From assembly GCF_006345805.1 (NCBI RefSeq), contig NC_043000.1, positions 137,578,001 to 137,642,000 on the forward strand: a DNA stretch of 64,000 nt, read 5' to 3'. The DNA is from Octopus sinensis (taxonomy: Eukaryota). A model generated the notes under the pieces. The model saw only the letters and a program-made list of their open reading frames with translations. It was not told the origin of the DNA and made no database searches. Both the position numbers and the translations under genes were made by a program. Positions 10,993-24,087 of this stretch are shown piece by piece. Position 1 is the first letter of the stretch. Each line of letters begins with the position of its first letter.

Positions 10993-13900
10993 TTCTTTCT
11001 CAGAAATTCGGTGTATGGTCTGATAGTTTCATGCCACTCAACATTTATAAATTATTAATAACTCGTTATTAACTGCAAATCATTGTATAGCTTTAACATT
11101 TTGCTACATATTGTGTTTCTCTTTTTAAGTGACTGTCTTTGCCTGCTTTTAAAAACGAAACAACAAAACAAAAAAAAAACTTTAAAACATGCCTTATGAT
11201 CTTTAGATATAACAACACACAACACTCGTCTTTGATTCTAATTGATTTATTAATTAATTAATGAAAACTGCATTTTCTCGATAACGTCAGAAAATTATGT
11301 GTAACTCCTTTATTCATTTTTAAAGTTTATTTTCTGGCAAATCCAATTCCCAAATATTACTGTTTAATGAAAACTATCTCAAAAAGCTATCAATGACTAA
11401 TTATAATTAACTAATTATAGAACCTTAACATGATTTCTTCGTGGAGACTGCAAATCTCTGATATTAAATAAAGCAAAACATCGTATCCTATCATAACTTG
11501 CAAATGGCGCATGCAAGCATACATGCTAACACTGGTAGAAGCATATAAAACACGCATCATTAATGCAACTTGTGGACAATATTACTACTGTTAGTATTTA
11601 TGGACGAACAACTCCATAATATTATATATATTTTTATGTTTTAGTGAGATGAAATTCATGATTTTTTTTTTGCCTCCTACTTGCAACTTGAGCAGAAAGA
11701 CAACATGGGCGTGGAGAGTTTCCAGAAAAATTGAAAGAAAAGTTACGTAAAACTATTAGAGTGGATAAAAAGTGTTATTGCGCAGCAGAAGAGAATAGGG
11801 GAGTCGAGTTCCCTGGGTAGCCCCTGTGGGACGATGACCATATGGAATAAAATGAACTCGTTCAAGCGACTCCGAGCTATTGATTAACAATAGAAATGGA
11901 CTAAGAAAAGATAGCGTGTGTAGGAGAGAGAGAGGTGGTGTTAGTCTGTTGGATAGCGGTTATAGTGTGTACGGGAATTATTCTTAGCAATACATCAGAG
12001 GGCCTTTATTCTGAAGAGCCCTGGATTGCTTTTGTACGTTTTTGCCTAGTAGTTATAGCTCAAATAGTTGGGTAGTACTCAGTACTCCTTTGTAGGTGTT
12101 ATTTGATCTTTGTAAGATTGCTAGTTGCTGCTAAAAGTCTTAGTTTTTTTTGCCCTAAAGAAGCAGGCTGGTCTTTGGGATACGGATTTTACTATACTTT
12201 GAATCAGTATTTGTATGAATATCATATGGCACCCTGCTGTAAATAAATCTGCATGAAATTACAAAGTTTCCATACTCGAACATATCTATTCAAATTCTTA
12301 CAGTTTGCGTTATGTTGGTGAAAGAGTTTTAATTATTTATAAACAAATTCTGCAGCGCATTGCACAACAATTGTAAACCTTATTCTTGTTAATAGTGAAT
12401 TACCTGTTTAAGGATTATTAAAGAAGGAAATGCATTATATATACTTTGTTCAAAAGTTTTTATACACCGTTTCATATAATGTAAGATATGAGTATTTAAA
12501 CATTAAATATTGGTAGTATATTTACTATACGAAAAATGCAGAATGAAATGTAAACAAACTCAGTAAAATAAGATACAAGGCCAATTAAAAAGAAGTAAAC
12601 AGTCTTAATTTTGAGGTAAAATATGTTTACGTTATCCAACAATATTATAGGTCTGCTTTGTCGGCATTTGTGAATAAAATTCATAAATTGCAATATACAA
12701 TAATAATAACAAATAAAAATAGATTTGCATATTTATACATGCGATTTACTTAAAAATGTGTGTAAATAAATTTATATGTATGTATATGCTATGATGTGGC
12801 TATACCCGTCTGGTGTTAAAGAATATTTCAGAAATAAAAAGTTGGTTGTGGTTACCTAAAAATAACCTATCGCAGAAATATATGTTACCATAGAACACAC
12901 TCCACACTACTCGAAAGTAGGTACGATACTCAGTATTCTATGTTCAGCTACCGACTGTTAAACCAACACACATCGAATTAACACCGTCAACTAACCGATT
13001 CTTTATTAGGCACAAAGACCCGAAACACAGTGTGGACGGCACAAGGACTGACAGAACAATACAAGTGAGGACAAAAACATGAAACTGATGAAAGGTAAAA
13101 TTATATAAAATTAAGGTGAAATGGCCACTCGAACTTCACTCTCGGGCGGTTACATTTATCTGAAACCTTCTCTGACAGTTCACTCAGTTTGTATCTATTG
13201 TAATCGGTTAGTCCACTTCTAGTCATGTAGGAGTGTTCAAGATTCTCTCAGTTTCGAATAAATTCATAGACAATCCAATTCAAAATGCCGGTGTCGCGGG
13301 AATCCCTGGTTGTTGTAATGATGCTCAGATGATTTAGGATTCTATTTAGGTGTTTAAACAAGGAAAGAAATGAATTTTACATTTTCTGACTGAAAAAGGC
13401 ATGCGCATCACTTCTCCATGGACCTATAGGTAAGAGGGCACTTTTGCGTTCCAAGCCGTTTGTTAGTCTTTGAGATGGTACTTCAGACGCCCACTCTCAA
13501 ATTTGACCCTGTAGTTATGCAATTTCACATTAAGGAATTCACAATCAACAGGAAGACATGAAAAAAAGTAGGGACTCATTGAAGTGATTTCATTTTCAAC
13601 TTCTGATTTTGCATGTGTTGACATCTTTGCAGCTGGTCAGTTCTTTCAATAGAAAGTGATTCTTGTCGCTTTAAAAATGGTATAATCAGGTGGCTACACC
13701 AAGGGGTCTCTTGGTTTTCAAAAAATAATTTTTTGCCTGGATTTCTTTTCATCATTGTCCAGTGAGAGAGAGTGTGTATGTGTTTTTTGTGTGTGTTTCC
13801 GTATGTGTGCGTGTGTGTGGGTGGTGGTGGTTGTGTATCTGAAAGTCGTGTCAATGGAAAAGAGAAGCAAAGAAAGAAGAAAGAGAACATATATACATAT

Positions 13901-14071
13901 ATATATGTATATATATTCATATATATATATGCGTATATATATGTATATATTTACATATATACATATATATATATGCATATATATACATATATATGTATAT
14001 ATATACATATATGTGTGTATGTATACTTATATGTGCACACACATCCATACACATATTATATATATATACAC

Positions 14072-14175
14072 GCTCAATGAGTGGCTTTGTGGTAAGAAGC
14101 TTGCTTCCCAACTACGTGCTTCCGGGTTCAGTCCCATGCGTAGCACCTTGGGTAAATGTCTCCTCCCATAGCCTT
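14072..14175 (+). mobile_element. SINE family A, 5' fragment
   Basis: gtggctttgtggtaagaagcttgcttcccaac...ccgggttcagtccc...caccttgggtaaatgtc matches the head of the 5178 copy. Confidence 0.75.
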
Positions 14176-14660
14176 TGAATTAGAATGAAGAATACATTAT
14201 TCGCATTCGTATTTTCGTCTGGTAATTGTAAAAGATTTTACCCCGTTAGATTCATACTTCTTTTTTCTCAGTACGTGCGGGTAAACCTCTTTATTAATAA
14301 TTTGACTCCAATAGCCTGAACATCTGGTTCAAATTATGCATATGACTGCAAGTGTGTTTGTTTATTGGTATCGTATGGGTATTAAACATGCTGTTCCACT
14401 TATTTTAATTCAAATCGATATTATTGATCTTTTTCTTTTGACATAAGACAAGTGCCACTATTGATATTGACATTATTTTTTTCTGCCAGGATTTTTATTA
14501 TGAATATAATTTTTTCGTATCATTATTACTATTTCAATTACTGCTATCATTATTATCATTGGCATACTTATTAATTTTTATTCGTATTAATTAAGTTGAT
14601 GATATTATTGCCATTGAGCTATCTATCTATCTGTCTATGTCTCTACCTGTCTATCTATTG

Positions 14661-14714
<54 letters not shown>

Positions 14715-14717
<3 letters not shown>

Positions 14718-14868
14718 GGTCCCGGGTTGAGTCGGGGTTAACCACAGTAAATAAGGTACTCAATACATGGCAGAGTAAATTAATTTATTTTATAGAAGGA
14801 GCTTCTACAGGACTAGAACTGTTTCATTCAAATGAAACAGTTCTAGTCCTGTAGAAGCTCCTTCTATA
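14715..14868 (-). mobile_element. Penelope-like terminal fragment with perfect 38-bp palindrome (14791-14828 / 14831-14868)
   Basis: tatagaaggagcttctacaggactagaactgtttcatt-ca-aatgaaacagttctagtcctgtagaagctccttctata. (TA)n on both sides. Only the GAAAC half of a hammerhead is present. Confidence 0.6.
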
Positions 14869-14992
<124 letters not shown>

Positions 14993-15469
14993 TCTCTATA
15001 TCTATAAACGGCAAAAGATATGTGTGTCCTTTATATAAATCCAGTTTTTCACGTAAAAGGCTCGTATTTTCTATGGGCTTCCAAAACTGTCTGAGGTAGG
15101 TCGTGAAGATCTTTTCATTTCACCAGTCACCCCAGAAAGCCATTAAAAAAATTGATAAACTGACCCCTTATTCCCATAAGATATTTTGCGGCCAAATTCG
15201 AGGTTTTCGATTTCTTCTGCCTCTTTTCTTTGCCCGACTAATGAAATGTGCATAGTCCCGCTAATTTCCCATGATTATGCCGTTCAAGGTGTGAACACCG
15301 AAGTCCAATGAATATTAATTACTCTCATAAAAATCTCCAACTAGCTCATAAATAACAAAACTGACCCGGGTTGAAATGTGATGAACTTAGCTCTTGATTT
15401 AGTGAGAAATTCTTACTGCGACACGGCAACGAACAACAAGCACTATCACTAGAATACAGCATCTCGTCT

Positions 15470-15705
15470 CGACATGTTCTGTGCTGACACCAAAAGAATG
15501 TAAAAATTGTCACGATAGGTTAGGACAGTATTTACACTGGAAAATATGTAAACACTACAAATTTGAACACCTACGTACTGGTGCGAACATCATCCGGAGC
15601 CAGTCGTTGAAGGTAAAAGTGTCACTATCCTCTGGGATTTTCCAGTCAACACTGACAGATCCATCCAAGCTAATGGACCAAACGTAATTATTAAAGAACA
15701 CCTAC
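15470..15705 (+). pseudogene. R4/Dong-clade LINE fragment: zinc knuckle to start of restriction-like endonuclease
   Basis: With one frameshift it reads LTPKECKNCHDRLGQYLHWKICKHY...WCEHHPEPVVEGKSVTILWDFPVNTDRSIQANGPNVIIKE, matching RHD..HW / WYEH.P / ILWDF..TD..I.ANRPD. Confidence 0.8.
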
Positions 15706-15749
15706 TATTTCCTGTAAGTATTTTAGATTTCCCTTAAAATTAGTTACGA

Positions 15750-16150
15750 AACTTACATATCTACAGTTTTCGAACACACAAACTATCAACTTTAAAACTT
15801 TAATATCTACTACTTCTGTGAATACCTATCCTTTCCTTCTGCCTGAGTATTCGAAAATGTGAAGATCATTTTAGTTATAAGAACACTACAGTCTTCTTTG
15901 TTCGGATGCACAAACGATCATCTTAATAAATTTTAGAACATTAATATCTACAATTTTCTGTGGAACTTTTACCCTCATTTTCTGTCCTTTCCTTTCTCCC
16001 TATGTATTCGAAAATGTAAACATCCTTTTTATTCCAAAAACACTACAGTCGTCTCCGATCGGACATACATCTCTAGAAAATTTAAAACTTCAATATCTAC
16101 AATTTTTTGTCTTTTTCTCCTTAACTACCGGAATATGTAAACATACCTTT
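15750..16150. repeat. Degenerate tandem repeat of about 145 bp, roughly 2.5-3 units
   Basis: aaaac(t/a)ttaatatctac recurs near 15794, 15936 and 16084, and tattcgaaaatgt...aacactacagtc recurs with similar spacing. Confidence 0.6.
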
Positions 16151-16697
16151 TATTACAACAACGCAATGAATTGTACGAAAAAAATTAAGTAAGCACCTGC
16201 CACCATACACAAATTGCACAATTACAAAACCTGTAAACCACAGCAAAACTTAGGAAAAGAAAAGAAAAATTTAAAGAGTTAATCAGAAATTCAAAAATTC
16301 AACGATGTGAACATCAGTATATAATTTTTTCTATATGTAATTAAAACGGAAGTCAATTGGTTTTTTTCAAGGGCAAGGTCAGCGTTCTCATTGATCGCTA
16401 GTAGTAATAACTATATTTGACCGCTGAATACAAGAGTGTGAGGCCTCTTTTGTCTCCTTATCCCACAGGAATGCCCATTGCTGACCTCCTCACCATCTAC
16501 GGAATGTATTTACAGACCTGTAGAATTTGGTCTCTTCACCAGGCTGTTTCTCTTCCGCCTACGATCTCCTTCAAACCTCACATATTTATGATTATCTCAA
16601 GTACAAGACAAAATTTGAAACTAAACAACATTTAATAATAGCTCTTAAAAATAAATGGAAAAAATAATAATAACAATAACAACAATAACAACAACAA

Positions 16698-16729
<32 letters not shown>

Positions 16730-16731
16730 TT

Positions 16732-19256
16732 ATACACAAAACTCATGTCGGATCAGAGGAAATATTTAAAATGACAAATAGTAAAAAAAATGAAAATACT
16801 ATCAGTGATGATGATCATAACAACGAAAGGAAGCGGTTGGAATCTCCCCATGTCCTGATTTATGATACATCTCGTGATGGTGTCACAATAAAAACACTGG
16901 TAATTGCGTAACCTGATAATCGCTACCTCATATGAGGGACAATAAAAAAACAAAATATTGTGAATAACGGTTGTAATGAAACTGAAAACCTTGATTGTGA
17001 CAGTGTTGCACCTGGCAGGCTTAGAGATAATTGTCCGAATCCAGCCTGTCGTTATCCAGCAAGAAACCAGCACACACGGCTTAGATGGATCAAACAAGTC
17101 AATACTGTGTACATGGAGTGTTATTACCTGACCAACCTGTAGAACGAAAATGGCGTTCATTTTAGGGGATACCGACAATGTATGTATGATCAATGGAGAA
17201 AAACAGGATTGTTTCATCTCACGGGACAGACATTATGTGATCGAGCTAGGGCAATAAAAAAACCGTTGGTTCACAGAATTAGAGTGAGAGGCTATCAAAA
17301 CACGGGTATTGTAAAACAGCAGCAGAGGAAACGATGAAAATACAGTTCCTACTGATAAAAGTAATCTCATAGCAGGAGACAGAGATTGAGATCTCTAATA
17401 AACCACAGTAAAGAACAGTGATAGCTTGCTCGATGAGAGACATATAGATGATCTGGAAAAAAGACAATAAAACTAATGGTGACATGACAGATGGGGAAAA
17501 GGCAATCTACGACAGAATAAAGGCAAGGCTACAGGAGAACGATATCGACATTATTTGCATTCTTAAAAAGGTTGATCAGTGGAAATCGAAACAAGAAACG
17601 AAATGTGAGTGAAATTCTGAAGTACATCAGAACAAAGAACATCACATAAACAAATAATTTGATCAAGGCAGCAAGTATTATGGTAGCATAAAATGTGGGT
17701 GTTGATGTGAAGAAAAAGAAATACAATGGGAGTGACAAAAGAAAAGATCCTCGGTTGGGGAGAAAAATACAGATGAGTTCAGATGTGCTCTCGAAAGACA
17801 TTTCTGTGTTAGACCGAACAGAAAAGGGGGGCTTAAAAGCGAACAAAAATACAGGGCCCTGAACAGACTATGATACTGAAAAATAAAAGGGGCCTGAAAG
17901 TGGTAATGGAGAAAGTAAAACAGCGCCTCGTTGCAAAGAAAGCAATGATGGTAAGATATGACCAAAGAATGAAATGTTACTAGCAGAATGGCTTATTCAG
18001 TGAAGATCAGAAGAGGTTCTACAAAGAAATAAATGGAGAGTGTAAAGATGAAAAGTTGATGCCAGATAACACTGAAACTCAAAGGTTTTTGCGTGACATC
18101 TGGAGCAAAGACAAGGAGCACAAGAAGGATGCTGAATGGTTGCAAGAAGTGAAGCAAACAGAAGTCTGTTCGAAAATGGGAGAACTAATCAATTCAGTTA
18201 GGGTAGTGAAATAAATCAGAAAAAATGGGCAACTGGAAGGCCCCGAGGCTAAGTAGAATTCAAGGCTACTGGAGCAAAAGATTTCGTAAATTTCATGCAC
18301 GAATAGCTGCACAACTCAACACCTTGTTAAATGCCGACCAAGTAACAACAGAGTGGTTGACAACAAGTACGACAGTGCTGTGCTTGAAAAACATCGAAAA
18401 AGGTAATACGGTAGACAATTACAGGGTGATATCCTCCTTGCCACTTATGTGGAAATTATTGACTGGAATAGTCGCAGAGTCAATGCACGGACATCTGGAA
18501 AAAATGCGGTCCTGCCACCTGAGTAGGAGGGTTGCAAGCATAACTGCAAAGGTACCAAGGATCAACTCTTGGTAGGCAAAACTGAACTTGGAGAATGCAA
18601 GAGAAGGTAAACTAACTTAGTCATGACATGGATAGATTATCGTTAGGCATACGATATGATCCCACATTCTTGGATTATGGAATGTATGAACCTATTGGTA
18701 TTGCATCGAATGTTGAGAGATTGCTAGAAAAAAGTATGATGAAGTAGAGGACGGAAATGGCAGCATATGGAAGAAGTTTAGGGACAACAGAAATCAGGAG
18801 CTGCATCTTCCAAGGGTACTGCCTGTCTCCACTGATCTTTTTACTGTGCCTGATACCACTAACACTGATTCTGCGGATAGTAAAGGTTGGGTATGTTTCA
18901 AGAGCCGCCAGCAAAAAGTCATCCACTTGTTATTCATGGATGACCTCAAACTTAATGGTAGAGATGAATCCCAAGTCAGTTCTCACGTTGATACGGTGTA
19001 TACTTTCAGTGTTGATATCAGAATGGAGTTTGGACTGAAAAATTGGGATGTATTAGTCTTGAAGAGAGGCAAAATCAAATGTATGGACGGGATAACGATA
19101 CCATCGGGTGAGGTTATGACGCATAAGGAAGATACGGCCTATAAGTACTTGGGGATAAGAAAAATTGAAGGTGGAGTACTTGCGCGGACTGAGATTGATC
19201 CGTAAGACGAAATTAAACGGACAGAATAAGATTGAAGCTATAAATACCTGGGCGTA
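16732..19256 (+). mobile_element. Degenerate R4/Dong-clade non-LTR retrotransposon (N-terminus through RT, 3' part missing)
   Basis: Motifs LRWIKQVNTVYMECYY, LCDRARAIKK, NWKAPRLSRIQGYW, NYRVISSLPLMWKLLTGI, IFQGYCLSPLIF, HLLFMDDLKL, YKYLG and NKIEAINTWA, with many stops and frameshifts. Preceded by (TAA/CAA)n at 16663-16731. Confidence 0.9.
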
Positions 19257-20161
19257 GGTATGTGTATTTACTACAGAAAGAAAGTTCAACAGTGCTGGTT
19301 TGTACTCGAATATTCGTTCCCTGTATGCTTCAGAATAGCTTTAAATTGGAAATAGAATAAACCGTCCCCACCACCCACAATAATTATTATATAAAAATAT
19401 AAAATAAATCAGCCATAAATCAATAAAAATAAACACATTCACTTTGCCGTGTCAGCAAGCAGAGTTAAGCATGTGAAAAGCGTTAATGATGTAGCACAAA
19501 AATGGCGGTTGGAAATATATTTTTGTTTAAATAAAGTCAATTCAAGGAACTCGCAAAATTTCTGAAAATTACATTGATATTTTCCACACGTCAATCTTTC
19601 CTTCATTTATTTTCTATTTTCATCATTATTTCTTCTTTCTATTTACTTATTTCATAAAATCTCATCTTAACCAATTCTGCCGCAGGATAATCTAGCATAT
19701 TTCATTGTAAATTCTAACCGATAGCATTTAGCACGTCGAAAAACATTTGTCGCCAAAGAAAAATTTTAAACATGTAATATAAAAAAGCAAGGAAGTTGAT
19801 AATTCAACCTTTTGTGTTATTTCTTTTCTTTTTTCCCCATTATTGTTAAATCCCAGGCAAATAGTCACATGGATACGTGATATGATGAATGATGACTTTT
19901 AACGACGAACGAAAGTGCAATTTACGTAAATTTATAGCTAAAATATTTGTTTCATGAAACATTTTGTAAAAGGTATTTGAAGCAATAAGGAAAAATAAAG
20001 AAAACGTGAGTGATTAAGGAAATTCATCTGGTTGGCATGAATATTTTGATGTAAAATGCACACAAACATGTGGCTATACACACAGATTCGCACATGACAC
20101 ACTTACACATACATACATACATGCATACATACATGCATATATACATACGTACATATATATT

Positions 20162-20199
<38 letters not shown>

Positions 20200-20200
<1 letters not shown>

Positions 20201-20546
20201 TCTTTTACTCTTTTATTCTTTTACTTGCTTCAGTCATGTGGCAGTGGCCATGCTGGAGCACCGCCTTCTTTGTAAGCCTAGCACTTATTCTATCGGTCTC
20301 TTTTAACGAACCGCAATGTTACGGGGAACTAAACACACCACCATCGGTGTCGGGGGACAAACACAGACGCACAAGCACACATATAAATATACTCACATAC
20401 GACGAGCTTCTTTCAGTTTCCGTCTACCAAATCCACTCACAAGGCTACAGTAAAAAGACACTTGCCCAAGGTACCACGCAGTGGGACTGAATCTGGAACC
20501 ATGTACTTGATAAGCAAGCTACTTATCACACAGCCACTCCTACGCC
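20200..20546 (-). mobile_element. SINE family A
   Basis: Reverse complement of the 5178 element, from cagccactcct to the ctcttttact tail. Confidence 0.85.
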
Positions 20547-20575
20547 TATAGGCACTCCAACGCCTATATACATAT

Positions 20576-20826
20576 TTCGCACGAGTATGTCATCGACTAG
20601 AGGAAGTTGACGTGTCAGAAAACGCGTTAAGTGACGCCAAAGGGTATTTAATAAAGAATGGCAAAATAGTATTTCTAAACACACCAGAAGCAGTGTTTAC
20701 TTGTCTGGTCGCCTTAACGAAAGAGGTTGTGTGGTGGGGCCGATTGGAAAAGGCTGAAGACAGATACTTTCCTCTTTAGACAAGCACTAGCCAAATTTTT
20801 TCAAGCTTCCTTTCATTATAACGTTA
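20576..20826 (+). mobile_element. Probable Tx1/L1-clade LINE ORF2 C-terminal fragment, copy 1
   Basis: Translates AVFTCLVALTKEVVWWGRL, like the post-zinc-finger 'AK.VIW..R' motif. An inverted copy lies at 21936-22186. Confidence 0.5.
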
Positions 20827-21099
20827 TACAGAAATATAACAATATATAGGAATCCCTGCCATGCCAGGGATTCCTATATATTGCTAATGTAGATGTTACA
20901 CGAACCAAAGTACTCGACATTAGAAAGGAGTGAATGCCTGACTAAATTACAGGTGCCGGGAGCCCAATCTTGGTCTTAGTCTTTTCTCGACCAACTTGTT
21001 GGGATTTATCATTAGTCCTTTCATTGCTTAGTATTCCCTGAAAATGGAATCGATAGCAGGAGCTTTTTTGGTGTCTGACACTATTACGGTGACATCTGC

Positions 21100-21152
<53 letters not shown>

Positions 21153-21153
<1 letters not shown>

Positions 21154-21510
21154 TGCCACAAGATCAAAATATCTCAGGAAAAGAATACGAAAAGCTTTCT
21201 CACTATAAAGATCTGAAAATTGAAATCACAAAAATGTGGAAGCTTAGTACTACGATGATACCAGTGGTAATTGTTGTGTTGGGAACGATAAAGAAGGGAG
21301 CTGAGAAGTATATTAAGGAACTCCCTGGTAATGCCAATCTCCGTGAGCTACGAAAGTTAACCTTGATAGGTACAGCCCATACACTACAAAAAGCACTCTC
21401 CATCTAAAATGGAATAAATGTGGTAATAATTCTAGCAGGCATGCCAAAACAAAAGTGCCCTTGCTACTCTTGGCCTCCAGAGAATGCCCGGTACTAAGGC
21501 AACTGAAATA
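21153..21510 (+). mobile_element. 5'-truncated R4/Dong LINE 3' end (RLE domain C-terminus + 3'UTR) inserted behind (TAA)n
   Basis: ORF VPQDQNISGKEYEKLSHYKDLKIEITKMWKLSTTMIPVVIVVLGTI...LIGTAHTLQKALSI*. About 17 TAA units directly upstream (21100-21152). Confidence 0.9.
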
Positions 21511-21516
21511 AAAATA

Positions 21517-21932
21517 GGATCTTTTCGCTTTGAACGGCAGTTTTTTCTAGCAGTGTCATGAAATTGTCACCCATAATTATGACCCTAGTATTGATCTATT
21601 GCATTTCAATCTGTTTTAGGGTTAGGTTTAGGGGTGGGGTGAAGGGTATCTTTTTTTCTTCACAAATGTAAATAAACCCAATCTGTTTCTTAAACGAGGG
21701 ACATATTCATACGGCACAGAATGTTTTTTTTACCTCAATAGACGTTATTGATTGGTTGAAATTGCAGAAATTGAAGAAAAAAAACAACAAATATCTTACA
21801 AACTATAGAATTTTCTCAAGAAAGCCAAGCGAAAAAGATGTTTTATAAACACATTCTACCAGTATACGAAGTTAAAAATTTTTAGTTACCTACAAATTAT
21901 GTTAAAAACTGCCGTTCAAACTGAAAAGGTCC
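21517..21932. mobile_element. MITE with about 29-bp TIRs and TA TSD
   Basis: ta-ggatcttttcgctttgaacggcagttttt ... aaaaactgccgttcaaactgaaaaggtcc-ta. Confidence 0.85.
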
Positions 21933-21935
21933 TAA

Positions 21936-22186
21936 AGTTATAATGAAAGGAAGCTTGAAAAAATTTGGCTAATGCTTGTCTAAAGAGGAAAGTATCTGTC
22001 TTCAGCCTTTTCCAGCTTGGCCCACCACACAACCTCTTTCGTTAAGGCGAACAGACAAGTAACACTGCTTCTGGTGTGTTTAGAAATACCATTTTGCCAT
22101 TTTCTATTAAATTCGCTTTGGCGTCACCTAAAGCGTTTTCTGACACGTCAAATTCCTCCAGTCGATGGCATACTCGTGCGAAACCG
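21936..22186 (-). mobile_element. Probable Tx1/L1-clade fragment, copy 2 (inverted relative to 20576-20826)
   Basis: Reverse complement matches 20576-20826 at roughly 85-90% by eye. Confidence 0.55.
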
Positions 22187-22720
22187 ATCCCAATTTGTTT
22201 CGAGATAATATTGGCCGCTGATTCCTTTGTATTGCTGTGTTGGTGGTGGTGATGGTAGTGGTAGAGGTGGTGGTAGTGGTGGTGGTAGTGGTGGTGGTTT
22301 TGGTGATTGTGTTAGTGTTGAGTGCGTGGTGGTCGTAGTGCTCGTGTCATTTAAAATTTTATTCTGCTTGTCAATGATGCTGCTTCTGTTTCTACTGCTA
22401 TGGTTGTCGTTGTTGTTGTTGTGTGTGATCTGTCTCTCACCATATCAATTAGAGGTGGGAAAATAAAGTCATAATGGCTGTTCCAACGGCTATCACTTAC
22501 CTCGATTTAGGAAGCCATGTAATCTTTTATTTATTTATTTTTTTTTTTAAATATTAAATTTTAAATTTTGGATCTCAAAAGTTTTCGCCCCACCACCTCA
22601 CATTAAGCAAAGCGAGCTGGTTGATATAGTAAAGAATCCAACAAAAATTCGAATACCAAATAATAAGTTTTCAAAGAAAACTTACGAGCCACGACAAAGC
22701 ATCCTCTTTCCAAACAAGTG

Positions 22721-22775
<55 letters not shown>

Positions 22776-23353
22776 GGAAGAGAAGACAAGAAGAAAACGT
22801 ATAAACTGGAGAAAAGTATAATTAATAATGTTATCTAAGAGAATGATATAATGATCTGATATAATCTTCCGTTCTAAGTACTTTTGCATTGTAGCAGGAA
22901 CTCTCTTGACAGTAGCTATTCCATCCATTTACTACGCTTCACCAGAAAAGTTACATATCAGTAGAGGTCAACTTGTTCATTAATGCGATACTATCGTGTT
23001 TGGAACATTAAAATGTGAACACAGAATAATTGTAGTGCAAATGTCACGGAATAAGCTTAAGCAAACTATCGTAACTGAATATGTTCGCTATGTATGCGAA
23101 CAGGATATTTCTCTAAGGAGTCAGCCATAATGCCTCAACGTGGTTACTCCATCTGCTAGAAACAGCAACCAAACTTTCTTCAAACCAATCGTTATAATCA
23201 TTGTATAGGAATATCCTTTGCCATGAGAGAAACAATTTATCATGGCTGAGAAAACTTTTATCGTAGATCTGACTGGACAGTCAGGGCTAAGCAACGAGAA
23301 GGTTCGATTCAAATTATCAACGATGCTTACAACTTCAGTTATATAAGACAAAA

Positions 23354-23584
23354 GGCGGTGAGCTGGCAGAAACGTAAGCGCGCCGGGCGAAATGCTTAGC
23401 GGCATTTCGCCTGCCATTACGTTCTGAGTTCAAATTCCGCCGAGGTCGACTTTGCCTTTCATCCTTTCGGGGTCGATAAATAAAGTACCAGTTACGCACT
23501 GGGGTCGATGTAATCGACTTAATCCCTTTGTCTATCCTTGTTAGTCCCCTCTATGTTTAGCCCCTTGTGGGCAATAACGAAATA
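23354..23584 (+). mobile_element. SINE family B (central GTCGACTTTGCCTTTCATCCTTTCGGGGTCGATAAA-AAGTACC domain), full length
   Basis: Head ggcggtgagctggcagaaac...gagttcaaattcc, a conserved metazoan SINE-like central domain, and tail ccccttgtgggcaataacgaaata. Many copies in the window. Confidence 0.85.
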
Positions 23585-24087
23585 TATAGAAGTAAGACAA
23601 ATAACAGCAATCAAGTACAGTATTTTAATCTTACTCTTTCTTTTCATAAACAAGAATGAAAATAACACAGTAAGCAGAAATTAGGTGATTCAGTATACGA
23701 TATGTTACATGAAATGCATCTTTCCTTTCTCTTTCCCAATATGCATAATAACGACAATAGCAATACAGATAGCAGCGATAAAAAGGATTTCCAATTTAGG
23801 GAGAAGGCCAAAAATTTAAGAGTGTAGAAACAATAGATTGTATGGTTTCCAGTACATGAGGTGTTTTATTTTATCGACCTTGGTAAGATAAATGACGAAG
23901 TTGACCAAAGTGAGATTCGAAACCAGCACATAGAGAGCCGGACGAAATACTGCCGTCTTTGATCGCTCTGAACTATTTCTCTTTGTTTATAAGTTATATG
24001 TACAAGTATCTGTCAGCTGAATTCCGCTTGCAAAATATTAGGCAAGTTGAAGTTATAAAAAATCCGTCTTATTCAATGTAGCACGTA

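Noticed and set aside
11700-11900. Possible Tx1 C-terminal fragment (KLKEKLRKTIRVDKK)
   Set aside because: The resemblance is too short and decayed to support a call.
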